Assembly: GCA_043228905.1 (NCBI GenBank) | Contig: JBHGNT010000016.1 | Coordinates: 13,640,001 to 13,704,000, forward strand | DNA length: 64,000 nt | Origin: Azolla caroliniana | Lineage: Eukaryota; Plantae; Polypodiophyta | Reading direction: 5' to 3' | Part shown: positions 1-12,285 of the stretch, piece by piece | How positions within the stretch are numbered: the first letter of the stretch is position 1 | Layout: each line of letters opens with the position of its first letter | Program-made: the position numbers and the translations under genes | Notes under the pieces: model-generated | Told to the model about the DNA's origin: nothing | The model's input: the letters and a program-made list of their open reading frames with translations, nothing else | The model's database searches: none

Positions 1-2506
1 AGAACGGTAGGCAGAGAAAAAGGCTGAGAGCGTATCAACATTACCACTGGATCAACAATCCGCGAACATGAACGATTGCGTAACAACGCCACCCTTGAAT
101 ACGGAGTCGGAAAACGATGAGGCAGTACCAACCTTTGCCAACGACAACATGACATACCCATACCCGAAGTACTAACACGAATTGGATGTAGAAGCACATG
201 TATATGCGTTTCTATAGACATGGGAAGCGAACCATGTCTCACATCGCCTAACAGAAGTAGAGGTCGAACGATCAAAGATAGCATAATTCAGGATGACATT
301 GGAGGGACTAGTAGCAAAGTGGCACAAGAAGCACCTTCTCGGGAGCTTCGCCACATTCAAAGCTTTATAGGATCAATTCCTATGGTTGCTTCACCAAAAG
401 GTGGAGCAAAGAGAACAAATCGGCCAGTTCTATACGGTCTACCAAGAATTCAACGAGACAGTCTCACAATTTGTGATCCGTTTTCAAACACTCCACAACA
501 AACTAACGAGGGCATCTCCAAAAGACGAGGCAAAGGAGGTCTTTCTGGCCGCACTTCGGGAATCGCTACGAACGATGCTGACAGTAGTTGAATTCCGGAC
601 AAGCACCATGGATGAAGTCATCGATCGGATGCTAGAAATGGATAGGGCCTAGAGTAGCAATCACATGGCGATGGGAGCTTTGCAGCAAGCGCTACCCAAG
701 TAAGAGGACTTACGGTTCCGACAAGAAGTCCAATGTACAACATGCCTAAACCCCGGTGACTCGACGTTCGAATGTACTATGCAGAAACAATGCATCTTGT
801 GCCACTCCCGGTCCTATACAATGGACCAATGCGAGTACAACCTACTCAACCGACAAGCGGCACCGGTCCGATACATGGAGCCTTAGAGCGAGCAACAACC
901 AAAAGAGAGACGATTCCGGAGGGAAGACCAATATCAGTCAGAACAAAGGCATCGATACGACGTCAGAAGAAGAGAGCATTACAATGATGAACACAACTAC
1001 CGGTGAGGAGGAGACTACAATCGAGAGCGTTAACATCGCGACTACTCCCCGGATTATGATCATAGAAGAGACGACAAACGATACCCGGAATGACGAAAGT
1101 ATCCATATCAGGATAGATGGTACCCGGAATGTCAAAGGAACTGGAACTGGAACCGCCGCCGCCACAACCGGAAGGGAAAGAATCGCCAAGAAGAAAGCTG
1201 GGAACCGGCCATAGAATACCGAAGGGAGACGAATACGGAAATGAGAGGCCCAGTTCCGCTACTGGAGCAACGGAGGCTGGACAAAACCAACCACATGAAT
1301 TCTGGTAGTAAGTCGGGAATGATGGAGAAAGGAGAATCAAGTAGTAACCTAAGGGTTTACTATTACTACTACCGGAAGGAAGGACACTATAGTAGTCAGT
1401 GCCTTGTCAAGACTAGTGAAAAGCAGCCGGCGGTGAATATGGTATTCGCAGAGGTGAGAGACATTCAACAAGTTACCACAAGAGCTAAAAGAAAACCTAT
1501 CGAGTGGGAAACTTAGGAAGCCATCCGGAAGTAGGCTACAGAATGGATACAGAAGGCCAATGAACACAACGTGGCCGACTTGCGAGAGCAGACCAAAACC
1601 CGGGAACCAATAGAGACCACAAACGGGGACCCAACATGGAAAGCGTTACAAGAATGTCAAATTATCCTACCAGTAGGATGTTTATTACAATTAATTCCCC
1701 GATTTACGGAAGGACTAAAACCGATGGTAACACCACAAAATGCCGAGCCAGCACCGACATTTTTCTGCAAGCCGGAGGAAGGACCGACAGTGGTTGACAC
1801 AAGTAGCCCAACAATTACGGCAATCTTCAAAGGGAAAGAAGTACCCGGAACAGTTGTGGATGGCGAATCCGATGTGAACGTTATTACTCAACACTTATTT
1901 GATACATTGGGTATCTGAGAATGGGAACCATGCCATTTCTAGTTACGGATGGTGGATACAAGTTTGGTTTGGCCAACTGGACTAATCAGGGAATTGGAAA
2001 TCACAATTGGAAGACATGCATTCCGGATATTCGCAATGGTCCTACAACTAAACACATAAGGGACATATCCCTTGTTGTTAGGACGACCATGGCTGTGGAC
2101 GGCACACATCAAGTAAATCTGGTAGAAAAATATCATTACCTTCCGGAGAGGCAAGATAAAAGTATGAGTACCAACACAAACGCGCATGGGCACACGCAAG
2201 GAGCTGACGCCCTTGTATGCAGAAAGCATTAATATGCTAGAGGGACTAGCAGAGGAGGAGGTAGACCGGTATCTCGATGAGCATTCAAGGATAGTACCAC
2301 TATTTGAGGTAGACGTTACCGAGGCGATTACCCTGTATATAGTGCACACGGAAGAAGACTAGGATGACCGAATCGGGAGGCAATCCGGGAATTACGACAT
2401 GCACATGAATCCCTAGAACGGGAAATGGCAGTCTCACATGAGTGAAGGCATCCCAGTTGGAGGAGGTGAACCTCGGTACCGGTGAAGCACCGAAACTAGT
2501 AAACGT
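1..2506 (+). mobile_element. Degenerate Ty3/Gypsy (Athila/Tat-like) element A: gag, zinc knuckles, protease and pre-RT linker; runs off the window start and is cut by an insertion at 2507
   Basis: Gag-like ORF pieces (386-652), Cys/His knuckles at ~730-830 and a protease motif VVDGESDVN (1571-1918). Co-linear with the element at 48450-49164 and 56096-57745. Many nonsense codons. Confidence 0.85.
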
Positions 2507-3466
2507 TGTCGTGATGATTTTCAGCAACGGTAGGAAAATCGCGTGGAACGAAGAAAATCAAGAAGGTGCAATGTGCACATGAATGAATGGGGTGATGGTT
2601 ACACTCGTACAATAGTATGTTGTAAATATGAATGAAATAAGAACCCCTAAGGCCTAGTAGCATTTTCGTGCATACCAAGGGGTGCAAGTAAGGTTTGAAC
2701 CTTGCACCTCCAAGTTAGGACACAAAGTCTACTTATCACTAAGCTAAGTTGTTACTTATTATATTTTTGTCATTGTATTTTTCACATGTAAATGCTCATA
2801 CATGAGAGCTTTAATGAGTGACATGGTTATCATGCATCACATGCGATGCATGAGCACCAAATGGCAATCATGCATTGTATGCATGCCTTACACCCTCACA
2901 TGCATCATATGCATGGGGGCAACTATAAAAGACAAGAAGAAAAAGAAATGGGGAGGGGATCAATCAATCTATGTATCAATCAAGTTATGTGTCGAATCAA
3001 AAATTAATAATAATAAAAACCTAGTTATGTTATTGGTGATGTATCTTGTTTCGCGAAATTGAAGTCAAGGGTTCAAACCCAGAATTGGAATTTCGGTTCT
3101 TCTATCAATCTATCTTAAACACTTCCTCAATTTCCGTCTCTCTCTCTCTCACTCTCAACCACATTAGTGCATCACTTCAGCTGCCTACACATCAATCCAC
3201 CGCACTATTGAGTCGGGTTCGGGTGTGTCTTCGACAACAAAGGACGACCCAACGATAAACCTAAATGGCCAATTCCTTACAAGCACAACTCACCCAATTC
3301 GTTCTCCCCGGTCAAAGACCTCGGTGGTCCCGTTCGACCGACCTGTAGGTGTAGAAATCCCATCATAAATCCTCCATAACCACTAGCGGATAGAGGCCCG
3401 GTGCTTGTCCGTGCTTGTGACATGCACATCACGACATTTGGCACGTGTGTCACGCGCCACATGACA
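2507..3466 (+). repeat. 5' LTR of element K (tgtc...gaca)
   Basis: Starts tgtcgtga like the LTR of element J, ends atgaca 6 nt before the PBS, and its first ~600 bp are repeated at 6182-6751. Confidence 0.8.
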
Positions 3467-3472
3467 TGTCTT

Positions 3473-3490
3473 TGGTGAACCCAACGTGAA
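3473..3490 (+). promoter_or_regulatory. Primer-binding site, tRNA-Trp(CCA)
   Basis: tggtgaacccaacgtgaa is a 17/18 match to the complement of the plant tRNA-Trp 3' end (ttcacgtcgggttcacca). Confidence 0.8.
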
Positions 3491-3499
3491 CAACACAAC

Positions 3500-5898
3500 G
3501 TGGTAATGGAGGCATTGCGAATGATGGATGTGATCTTGCTTGCTTACGACTTAGAGGAGTTGATTAGAATGAAAGGTGGTCCAGGGCTCGTAATCCTTCC
3601 ATTGGTAAGGAAGGCCATCGAAATGTTGTTTCAGGATGATAAGGACAGAGCAATGGAATATCTCAAGTTGGCAAGGCAAGTCGAAAGACTATATCAAGAA
3701 GTTCCGGATTGGTACGAAGTAGTTATGACGTCAAGAATCGGGCCTCAACCTTTTCATGGTTTACTCAATGATGACGAACTTGATCAAGATGTTCACGATT
3801 ATTTTCATGAAGAGACTTTCAACGAAGAATGTGGGCTCGTAAGGAAAGATGAAGATATTCGAGGATGCGGTCATGAAGAAGAACGTGGGCTTGACAAGAG
3901 AGATCGATATGTTCACGGTTGCGGTCTTGAAGAGGCATGCAACAAAGATAATGGTTTTAAAGGGATAGATCAAGATCAACATGCCTATGGTCATTAAGAG
4001 GATTGTTGCAAACTCGACAAAGGAGAAACATGTGATGAAGAGCGCGATCTTGAAGGGAGAGATTATGATTGTCATCATGAAGATCATTGCAAACTCAAGA
4101 GAAGAGAGAGATGCACTGAAGAAGGATTTGATTGTGAAGAGACATGCGATGAAGAATGTGGTCTCAAGAGGGAAGATCAAGATATTCGAGGACATGATCG
4201 TGAAGAGACGTGCCGCAAAGAATGTGGGTTCAAGGGAAAAGACCAAGATACTCAAGTATGCGGTCGAGAAGAGACATGTGACAAAGAACGTGGGATGGAG
4301 TGGAAGGACCAAGATACTCAAAGATGCAATCGTAAAGAGAGATGTGATGAAGAACATGGGCTCAAGAGGGAAGATCAAGAAGGATGTGGTCATAAAGAGA
4401 CAAGCAATGAAGAATATTGGTTCAAGGGGAATGACCAAGATACTCAAGGATGCGGTCGTGAAGAGACATGTGGTGAAGAAAGTGGGCTAGAGAGGAAAGA
4501 CCAAGATACTCAAGGATGCAGTCATGAAGAGACTTGTGATGAAGAACGTGGGCTCAAGGGGAAAGACTAAGATACTCAAGGATGCAATTGTGAAGAGACA
4601 TCTGACAAAGAACGTGGGCTTGAGGAGACAAATCAAGATCTACACGGTTATGATAAAGACAAAGATCATTGCAAACTCACAAGGAGTGCTCGAGATCTAC
4701 AAGGTTAGGATCGTGACAAAGATTATTGTAAACACAAGAGGAGAAATTAAGGTCGAGCTCTTCATGGTTCTGTTAATAAAAAGGCACTCGACGAAAGTCG
4801 TGACGGTGAGAGTAGTTGGGATCAAGACTCTCATGGTTTAAAATTTTGTGACAAGTAGGATAGGTTTAATGAGAGATACGAACAAGAGAAGTTAGGAAGA
4901 GACAAAAACTTTACATTTAAATGTAATGACGGTGATGATAATAACAATACGCATGATTTAGGGTTTGATGATAGTAAGGGAGAGTGTATTATTGATGGTG
5001 AGAGTGAGTGCCATGAGAAGAATGAGGGTTATGATTATAAAAAGTTGTGCACTTTCTGTGGATATGGTTATGATAAGGGTAATGATGAGAGTGAGAGTGA
5101 CGAAGAGGAATCGTGTGTTTTAGGTTGCCTTGGCTTTCTTCATGATAGATTTCATAAGAGTTTCACTAGACCAAATGGTGACATTCATGAGGATATCCAT
5201 TATGAAAATAGAATAGGGACTTGTGATGATGAGGACGTTCTACAAAAATATGTCCATGTTGATGTGGGGTTAGATAATGGTCCCACGGGTATAAGCATAT
5301 AAGCATGGAAAATCTAGAAAAGGTTATTTGGGATATGTATAATGATGATGTTGATGCTGTGAGTATGTGTGGGAAGGATGGGAGTAAGTTTGATAATATT
5401 GAGGATAATCTAGAAAATGCTATGATGGTTTGGGATGTGTTTAACGATAATGGTGGTGTTGTGAGTGTGTTTGGGAAGGATGAGTTTAGGGTAAATGATA
5501 TTGAATATGATGTTTATCTCATGATAAATGATTTGGTGATTGAAGATGTAGTTAACTTAAAGGATGATTATAATGATGATGTAAGTATAATTAACATTGA
5601 GGTTGGTATCGAAGAAGATGATATTGTGTTAAAATGGATGGTTATTACTTATAAAGAAGAAAGGAAAGAAGTGATTATAAGGACTACCCATGGGAAGGAA
5701 GGGAAAGATGCATCAAAATGGTGGGATGTCCAACTAAACAGAGGATGTTGTATTGCCAACATTTCCATCTCCCATTTGAAAGAAAAAGATTGGCTAATTA
5801 GAAGAAGCAAACGGTTTTTGGATTCAGTTTCACAAGACACATCAATTGTGCCCCAAGAGGATCAAAGAAGGAGGTTGGGTATTGGTCTACAACAATAG
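3500..5898 (+). pseudogene. Degenerate long acidic Cys/His-rich reading frame inside element K
   Basis: ORFs 3500-3997, 4295-4570 and 5045-5302 are all in one frame, separated by isolated stops. An Asp/Glu-rich ORF continues at 5305-5898 in another frame. Confidence 0.55.
3800..4650 (+). repeat. Degenerate 66-bp tandem repeat (about 10 units) encoding ~HEETCDEERGLKGKDQDTQGCG
   Basis: ccaagatactcaag recurs at 4435 and 4501 (period 66), with similar units on both sides. Confidence 0.85.
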
Positions 5899-6181
5899 CT
5901 TTGGCAATCAACATAGGATGACAAGAAAGTTCGCAAGAAGGTGGTTCAGATCGTATGTGGAGCTAGATGGATCAAGGTTGGCCAAACCCATTATGGGGAA
6001 AAGAGTAAAATATCTTCAAGAAAAGACAAGGTGAGGCTCCCGAACTCGATGACCTCAACAATGAAGGAGGAACCCACAAACGTGAGCGAGGTCAATGCGG
6101 ATGTGGAGGAATCTCACACCGTAGCCGAAATCTCACACTCTTTTCTTGGCACCAGAGGACATGCGGTTTGGTGGGGGTGGA

Positions 6182-6751
6182 TGTTGGGAAGATTTTTGGC
6201 AACGGTGTGAAAATCGCGTGGAACGAAGAAAATCAAGGTGCAATGTGCACATGAATGAATGGGGTGATGGTTACACTCGTAGAATATTATGTTGTAAATA
6301 TGAATGAAATAAGAACCCCTAAGGCCTAGTAGCATTTTTGAACCTTGCACCTCCAAGTTAGAACACAAAATTGACTTATCATTAAGCTAAGTTGTTACTT
6401 ATTATATTTTTGTCATTGTATTTTTCACATGTAAATGCTCATACATTAGAGCTGGAATGAGTGACATGGTTATCATGCATCACATGTGATGCATGAGCAC
6501 CAAATGGCAATCATGCATTGTATGGATGTCTTACACCCTCACATGCATCATATGCATGGGGGCAACTATAAAAGACAAGAAGAAAAAGAAATGGGGAGGG
6601 GATCAATCAATCTATGTATCAATCAAGTTATGTATCAAATAAAAAATTAATAATAATAAAAACCTAGTTATGTTATTGGTGATTTATCTTGTTTCTCGAA
6701 ATTGAAGTCAAGGGTTCAAACCTAGAATTGGAATTTCGGTTCGTCTATCAA
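6182..6751 (+). repeat. Truncated 3' LTR of element K
   Basis: Follows the PPT and matches the 5' LTR until ...tctatcaa, where similarity stops abruptly. Confidence 0.85.
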
Positions 6752-6756
6752 CACCA

Positions 6757-9700
6757 TTGACTATTGATGAACCATTCTGGTTCAACGCCAGTCTTCGGCA
6801 TATTCTTGTAAAAATTGCTCTCGTTGTTAATACATTATCAAATACTTCTTATCTCTCTCATATCTTTCGCTTCTCATTCTCTTCTTCATTTTAAAACTCG
6901 TTCCTAACTTTGGCCTTGACAGTTTGAAACAGAATTTTCCTACCTTCTCTCTCTCTCTCTCTGTGTGTCTCTCTCTCTGTGTGTCTCTTTCACTCTCTTC
7001 TCCTTCCTTCCTTCTCCTTGAAAATCTTGCCAAACGTTATCCTCTCCATGGAGTCAGTTAGCAAGCAAGAGTATGTTCGAGTCGTCACTGAATTTGAGCA
7101 TCTCGCAAATAAGTTTGTGGCGTTAGAACAAAAGAATCAACGATTTCTTGGAGATTTGCAACAAGTAAGCATAGAAAAGGCACAACAATATGATGAGTTA
7201 TCGACACGTGTATTGCAACTCGAAACAACATTGCGGTCTCTTCATCAACAAGCTTCAATGCAACAAACCTCTCCCAAAGAACCGAAGATTTGTTTGCCTG
7301 GGAAGTTCGATGGTAATAGATCACAGTTTCCAGGGTTTCTAAACCAAGTACGTCTAGGTATCCGGCTCAAGTTGGACTAGTTGGGACCCTCTTAACAGGA
7401 ACTGCATTAGCGTGGTTTGCACCACTGCTAGAAAAGAAATCTCCTCTTCTCCAAGAATTCGAAGGTTTTATTAGAGAATTTCAAGCAAACTTTGGAGACA
7501 CTGATAGTGTTAGAACAACGATTAACAAGATTCGAAGACTTTGTCAAGGGGACCGTCCTGCCTCTGTCTATGCCACAGATTTCCGCCTCCTAGCTTGTGA
7601 TATTCCGTGGGATGAAGAAGCCTTAATGGATCAATTTCTCTATGGACTAAGAAATGATGTAAAGGATTTGCTATTAACTTTTCATGAAGATCCAAGATCA
7701 ATTACGGAAACGATAAGTCGTGTAGTGTGGTGTGACAACCGCTTATGGGAGCGACGTTCGGAGCGTCAATTAATGTCACGAGCAAGAATGGATCAAACAT
7801 ATGCTTCGGTAGTAGCCTCGACACCTTCGAACACTACCCAAACTTTACACATGATTCCATCAGGTGGTCCAAGTCCAATGGAGATTGATGTAACACGTCG
7901 TCGAGGGCCTTTATCTGAAGCTGAGAAGCAAAGAAGTCGAGCAAACCGTCTATGTTTGTATTGTGGTGGTCCAGGACACATCGTGATCACATGCCCACAT
8001 AGGCCAAAACGACAAGTAAATCAAATAAGTATTAGTGAGAATTTTCATTCCAATTCTCTAGTTAGATCGTCTAGCCCTAGTAGTCCCACATGTCATGGTC
8101 AATCCAATAGTTTTGAAGTCTTGAGTCAACTTGATGAAATATTAAACGATTAAGTCCAACCAAAATCAGAGCCATTTGGTTGGACAATCCTGAATACGTA
8201 AAATCAATCCCAAGTAGTGGTTCCATTTTATCGAATCATGTTAGCAGAGTCTTTTCAGCACAAGTTGAGCTTAGCACTTCTAGGTGTCATCGAGTTCTTG
8301 CCTCTGCTCTCTTAGATTCAGGAGCCAAATCTTGTTTTATGGACAAAGAATTTGCTTTATCCGAGAAAATCCTATTGAAAAACCTCCCTTGCCCTGCATC
8401 TGTTGTAGTCATTGATGGTCGCCCTATTTCATCCGGGAATATAGTTGAAGAATATGAGCCAATTCGAGTAGTTCTTGGTACCTTTGCTTGTATGATTTCC
8501 TTCAATATAATTAGTAGCCCGGAGCATCCAGTTATCCTTGGTTTGCCTTAGTTTGAACTCCACAATCCTGAAATTGACTGGAGAAATCGAACAATCAATG
8601 ATTTCCAGCAGAAACCTAAATCCAACTACCTTGTTACTACCAACCAATATTCAAAGCCTCACTAAATCTCGCCCATCTCTCTACAAAAATTACGAGAAGA
8701 TGGGCAAACAAATGAAATGTTTGTCATTGTAGTAATAGCAAACCCATCCTCTAGCCCACAAGGGGCAGGTACTCCCCTCCCTATCAAGTACTCGGATTTT
8801 GAAGACATCTTCAACAAAGCTAAAGCTAGTTCTCTCCCAAACCATCAGCCTTATGATTGTCCTATCGATCTACAACATGGGAAAGAGCCACCATGGCGCC
8901 CAATATATAATCTATCACCTTCCGAACTCAAGGCCCTTCGAGAGTATATAGACGAGCACTTAGCAAATGGATTTATTCGACATTCTAAAAGCCCTACTGG
9001 TGCACCCATCTTCTTTGTCAAGAAGAAAGATGGATCTCTACGACTGGTCGTAGACTATCGAGGTCTAAACAAAATCATAGTTCGAAATAGATATGCTCTA
9101 CCCTTGATTTCGAGTTTACTAGAGCGTCTTCGTGGAGTGAAAGTTTTCACGAAGCTAGATCTTCGAGGTGCATATAACCTTGTTTGGATACATCTAGGAG
9201 AGGAGTGGAAGACAACATTCCGTACTCGATACGGACATTTTGAGTACACAGTTATGCCTTTTGGTCTCACGAATGCGCTCGCAGTTTTTGAACACATGGC
9301 GAATGATATTTTCCGCGATTTTTTGGATTCATTCACCATACTATATCTTGATGACATCTTGATCTACTCGAAAACTCAAGAAGAGCATGACATACATGTC
9401 CGCCAAGTCTTCCAATGCTTATGAGAATATGGGCTCTATGCCAAAGTTGAGAAATGTAGCTTTGATCAAAACCACATGGAGTTTCTGGGGTATGTGGTTT
9501 CACAACAAGGTATATCTATGGATCCGTCTAAGGTTTAGAAAATTCTAAACTGGCAACCACCGTGTTCAGTGCGTGATGTTCAATGTTTTTTAGGATTTTC
9601 GAATTTTTACCGCAAATTTCTAAAGAATTATTCTAACATTGTGATGCCTCTCACGGAGCTTACATGAAAGAACAAGTCATTCACATGGAGTTCTAGTGCA

Positions 9701-12220
9701 ACCAAAGCTTTTGAAAGCCTAAAGAATGCATTCACTTCTGCTCCAATTCTACTTCATGCTGACCAAGAAAGATTTTGCATTAGGAAGTATCTTGTCACAG
9801 ACAGGAGATGATGGGAAGCTACATCCAATAGCTTTCCATACACGCAAATTCGAAGTTGTAGAGATGAATTATGAGATTCACGACAAAGAGCTTCTAGCCA
9901 TTATAGACTCGTTTGAACAATGGAGACATTTCTTAGAAGGTTCTCCCCACCAAATCATTGTTTACAATGATCATAAAAAGCTCACACACTTTCAAAGTGC
10001 TAGAGTCTTGAGTCGTCGCCAACCTCGTTGGGCACAGTTTCTAATGTGTTTTGACTTCGTCATCACATATCCCCCAGGAGTACAACAAGGAAAGGCAGAT
10101 GCTCTCTCACGACGATCTTATTTGGCTCCACAACCAGGAGAGCCCACATTTGATCATCAAAAACAAATCGTCTTGGGCCCTAATCGGTTACGACTATTAA
10201 CTATTAATGCCTCTCAAGCATTTGAAGATTCAAGTCTTCTTGATTCAATCCGAACAGATATCATTTCTGATGAATTTGCTCAAGATATATTGAATCATAT
10301 AATTTCAGATCGCGCTTCTTCTTCAAGCTCCATGAATCCTCGTAAAGATTATAACCAGTTTAAATGGGATAATGGTTTACTTTTTCGCGACACTCTTTTG
10401 TATGTCCCAAATTGTTCGTCTCGACTTCAAGTAATGCAATATTGTCACGACAACCCAATGGTCGGGCACTTTGGAATCCACAAAACTTTGGAGCTAGTTT
10501 CTCAAAATTATTGGTGGCCTCACCTTTGAGAGTCTATTGAAGATTATGTTCGTAGTTGTGATGTGTGTTGTCGGTCAAAGATTCCAGGACATCGACCATA
10601 TGGGTTATTAGAACCATTGCTAGTTCCTATTGGTTCATGGAAATCCATCTCAATGGATTTTATTATAGATGTTCCAATTTCGAAGAGTTTTGATGCTATT
10701 CTCACTATAGTAGATCGATTCACAAAGATGACGCATTTTCTTCCATGCACGAAAACCATCAACAGTAAAGAAACTATAGACATCATTACGAAAGAAGTAT
10801 TTCGGCTTCACAGTCTTCCGAATGACATCATTAGTGATCGTGGCCCACAATTCATCTCAGAATTCTGGAAACACTTGCTTGTGATGCTCAAAATTTCCTG
10901 TAAACTTTCGTCAAGCTATCATCCACAAAGTGACGGTCAAACCGAGCGGACGAATCAAACATTAGAGCAATATCTTCGGTGTCTCATCAATTACCAACAG
11001 GATGATTGGGTGGACTTTTTGCACTTTGTAGAGTTTGCATACAGTAATTCAGTTCATTCCTCAACAAGGTATACTCCATTTTTTGCAAACATAGGATATC
11101 ATCCTCGTTGGACAATGATGGAACATCCAGAAATCTCGAAAAATCCTACTGTTGAAGATCGTCTGTGTCAACTCCAAGACGTGCATGTTGCACTTTCTCA
11201 ACATTTGCAAACTGCTCAAGCCACACACAAAAAAGCCGTAGATCGTCACCGTCTCGACTCTTCACCAAAGGAACCAAAGTTTCGAATTGGGGATCGTGTA
11301 TGGTTACTACGACGTAATGTGAAGACTACTAGACCTTGTGACAAGCTGGATTATCAATGACTTGGTCCATTTATTATCTCCAATCAGATTAATGATATTG
11401 CATTCCGCCTTGATCTACCTCCATAGATGCATCTACATCCGGTATTTCATGTCTCAATGTTGGAACCCTACATTGGTAGTTCCATTCCAAATCGGGTTGT
11501 TCTACCCCCACCTCCAGTTCAACTTGTTGATGGCCCAGAATTTGAAGGCAAAGCTATTTTGGACTCTAAGATAATACGTAAAAAGCTTTATTATCTCATG
11601 GATTGGTTAGGATATACACCAAATGATCGTATTTGGGAGCCAGCTGAGAACCTTGATAATGCCTCTTACTTGGTGGCTGAATTTCATCACCAATATCCAG
11701 ATAAGCCAAGTCTGAATTCATGCATTACGAATCGTGGAACTCATCCTCAAAGGAGGGGGATGGTGTCATCTATATACAAAACCCAATAAGCTTTATGGTG
11801 ATTCGAACCCATGACCTCCTCAAAGAAGGCTTACAACCCCATCCATTAGGATACATCATATTGTATATATTAAATAATAAATTCTATTATATCAATAGGA
11901 AATACATATAATAATATTATTGAAATGTCGCCACCTTGCATAGGCTAATGCATGATTGCCAAGGAGCATCCTTGCATGAATGCCAAGTGGCGATCATGTG
12001 TGCCTATAAGGTGGCGAGCATGCGTGTATCCAAACCATGCCATAGAAACATGTATTTGACTATTGATGAACCATTCTGGTTCAACACAAATCTTCGGCAT
12101 ATTCTTGTAAACATTGCTCTCGTTGTTAATACATTATCAAATTCTTCTTATCTCTCTCATATCTTTCGCTTCTCACTCTCTTCTTCATTTTAAATCTCAT
12201 TCCTAACTTTGGCCCTGATA
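6757..12220 (+). mobile_element. Chromovirus (Ty3/Gypsy, Tcn1/sushi-like) copy B: gag-PR-RT-RH-INT-chromodomain, degenerate; 5' LTR truncated
   Basis: Gag from ATG 7048 (PGKFDG; CLYCGGPGH knuckle), protease LLDSGA, RT YLDDILI, RNase H YEIHDKELLAI, integrase SDRGPQF/GQTERTNQ and a chromodomain at ~11535-11710. PPT aaggaggggga lies before 11764. 6757-6921 matches 12056-12220. Confidence 0.92.
11764..12220 (+). repeat. 3' LTR of chromovirus B (tgtca...tgata)
   Basis: Follows the PPT; its 3' 165 bp match 6757-6921, which ends tgaca. Confidence 0.85.
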
Positions 12221-12285
12221 GTTGGTTCGGATGTGGCCATGGCTCCATAGATGGCTCCTCATCACTAATATTAATTGCCGCCATC

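Larger units (their letters stand above)
2507..6751 (+). mobile_element. Non-autonomous LTR element K of the tRNA-Trp-primed Gypsy family; 3' LTR truncated
   Basis: Direct repeats 2507-~3108 and 6182-6751, Trp PBS at 3473 and PPT ggtgggggtgga at 6170-6181. Integrase C-terminal remnant (THQLCPKRIKEGGWVLVYNNSFGNQHRMTRKFARRWF) matches element J at 55080-55300. No RT, RNase H or protease. Confidence 0.85.

Noticed and set aside
3069-3081. B-box-like ggttcaaaccc in the LTR of element K
   Set aside because: There is no convincing A box at tRNA spacing and no independent second family member to support it.
3761-4841. Long ORFs in alternative frames or antisense over the 66-bp array (3761-4447 minus, 3981-4490, 4524-4841)
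   Set aside because: These are by-products of a repeat whose period is a multiple of three, and they do not extend beyond the array.
11800-11850. Possible tRNA gene
   Set aside because: Only the A/B boxes and their spacing are tRNA-like. No acceptor or anticodon stems could be formed, so it is reported as a motif rather than a tRNA.
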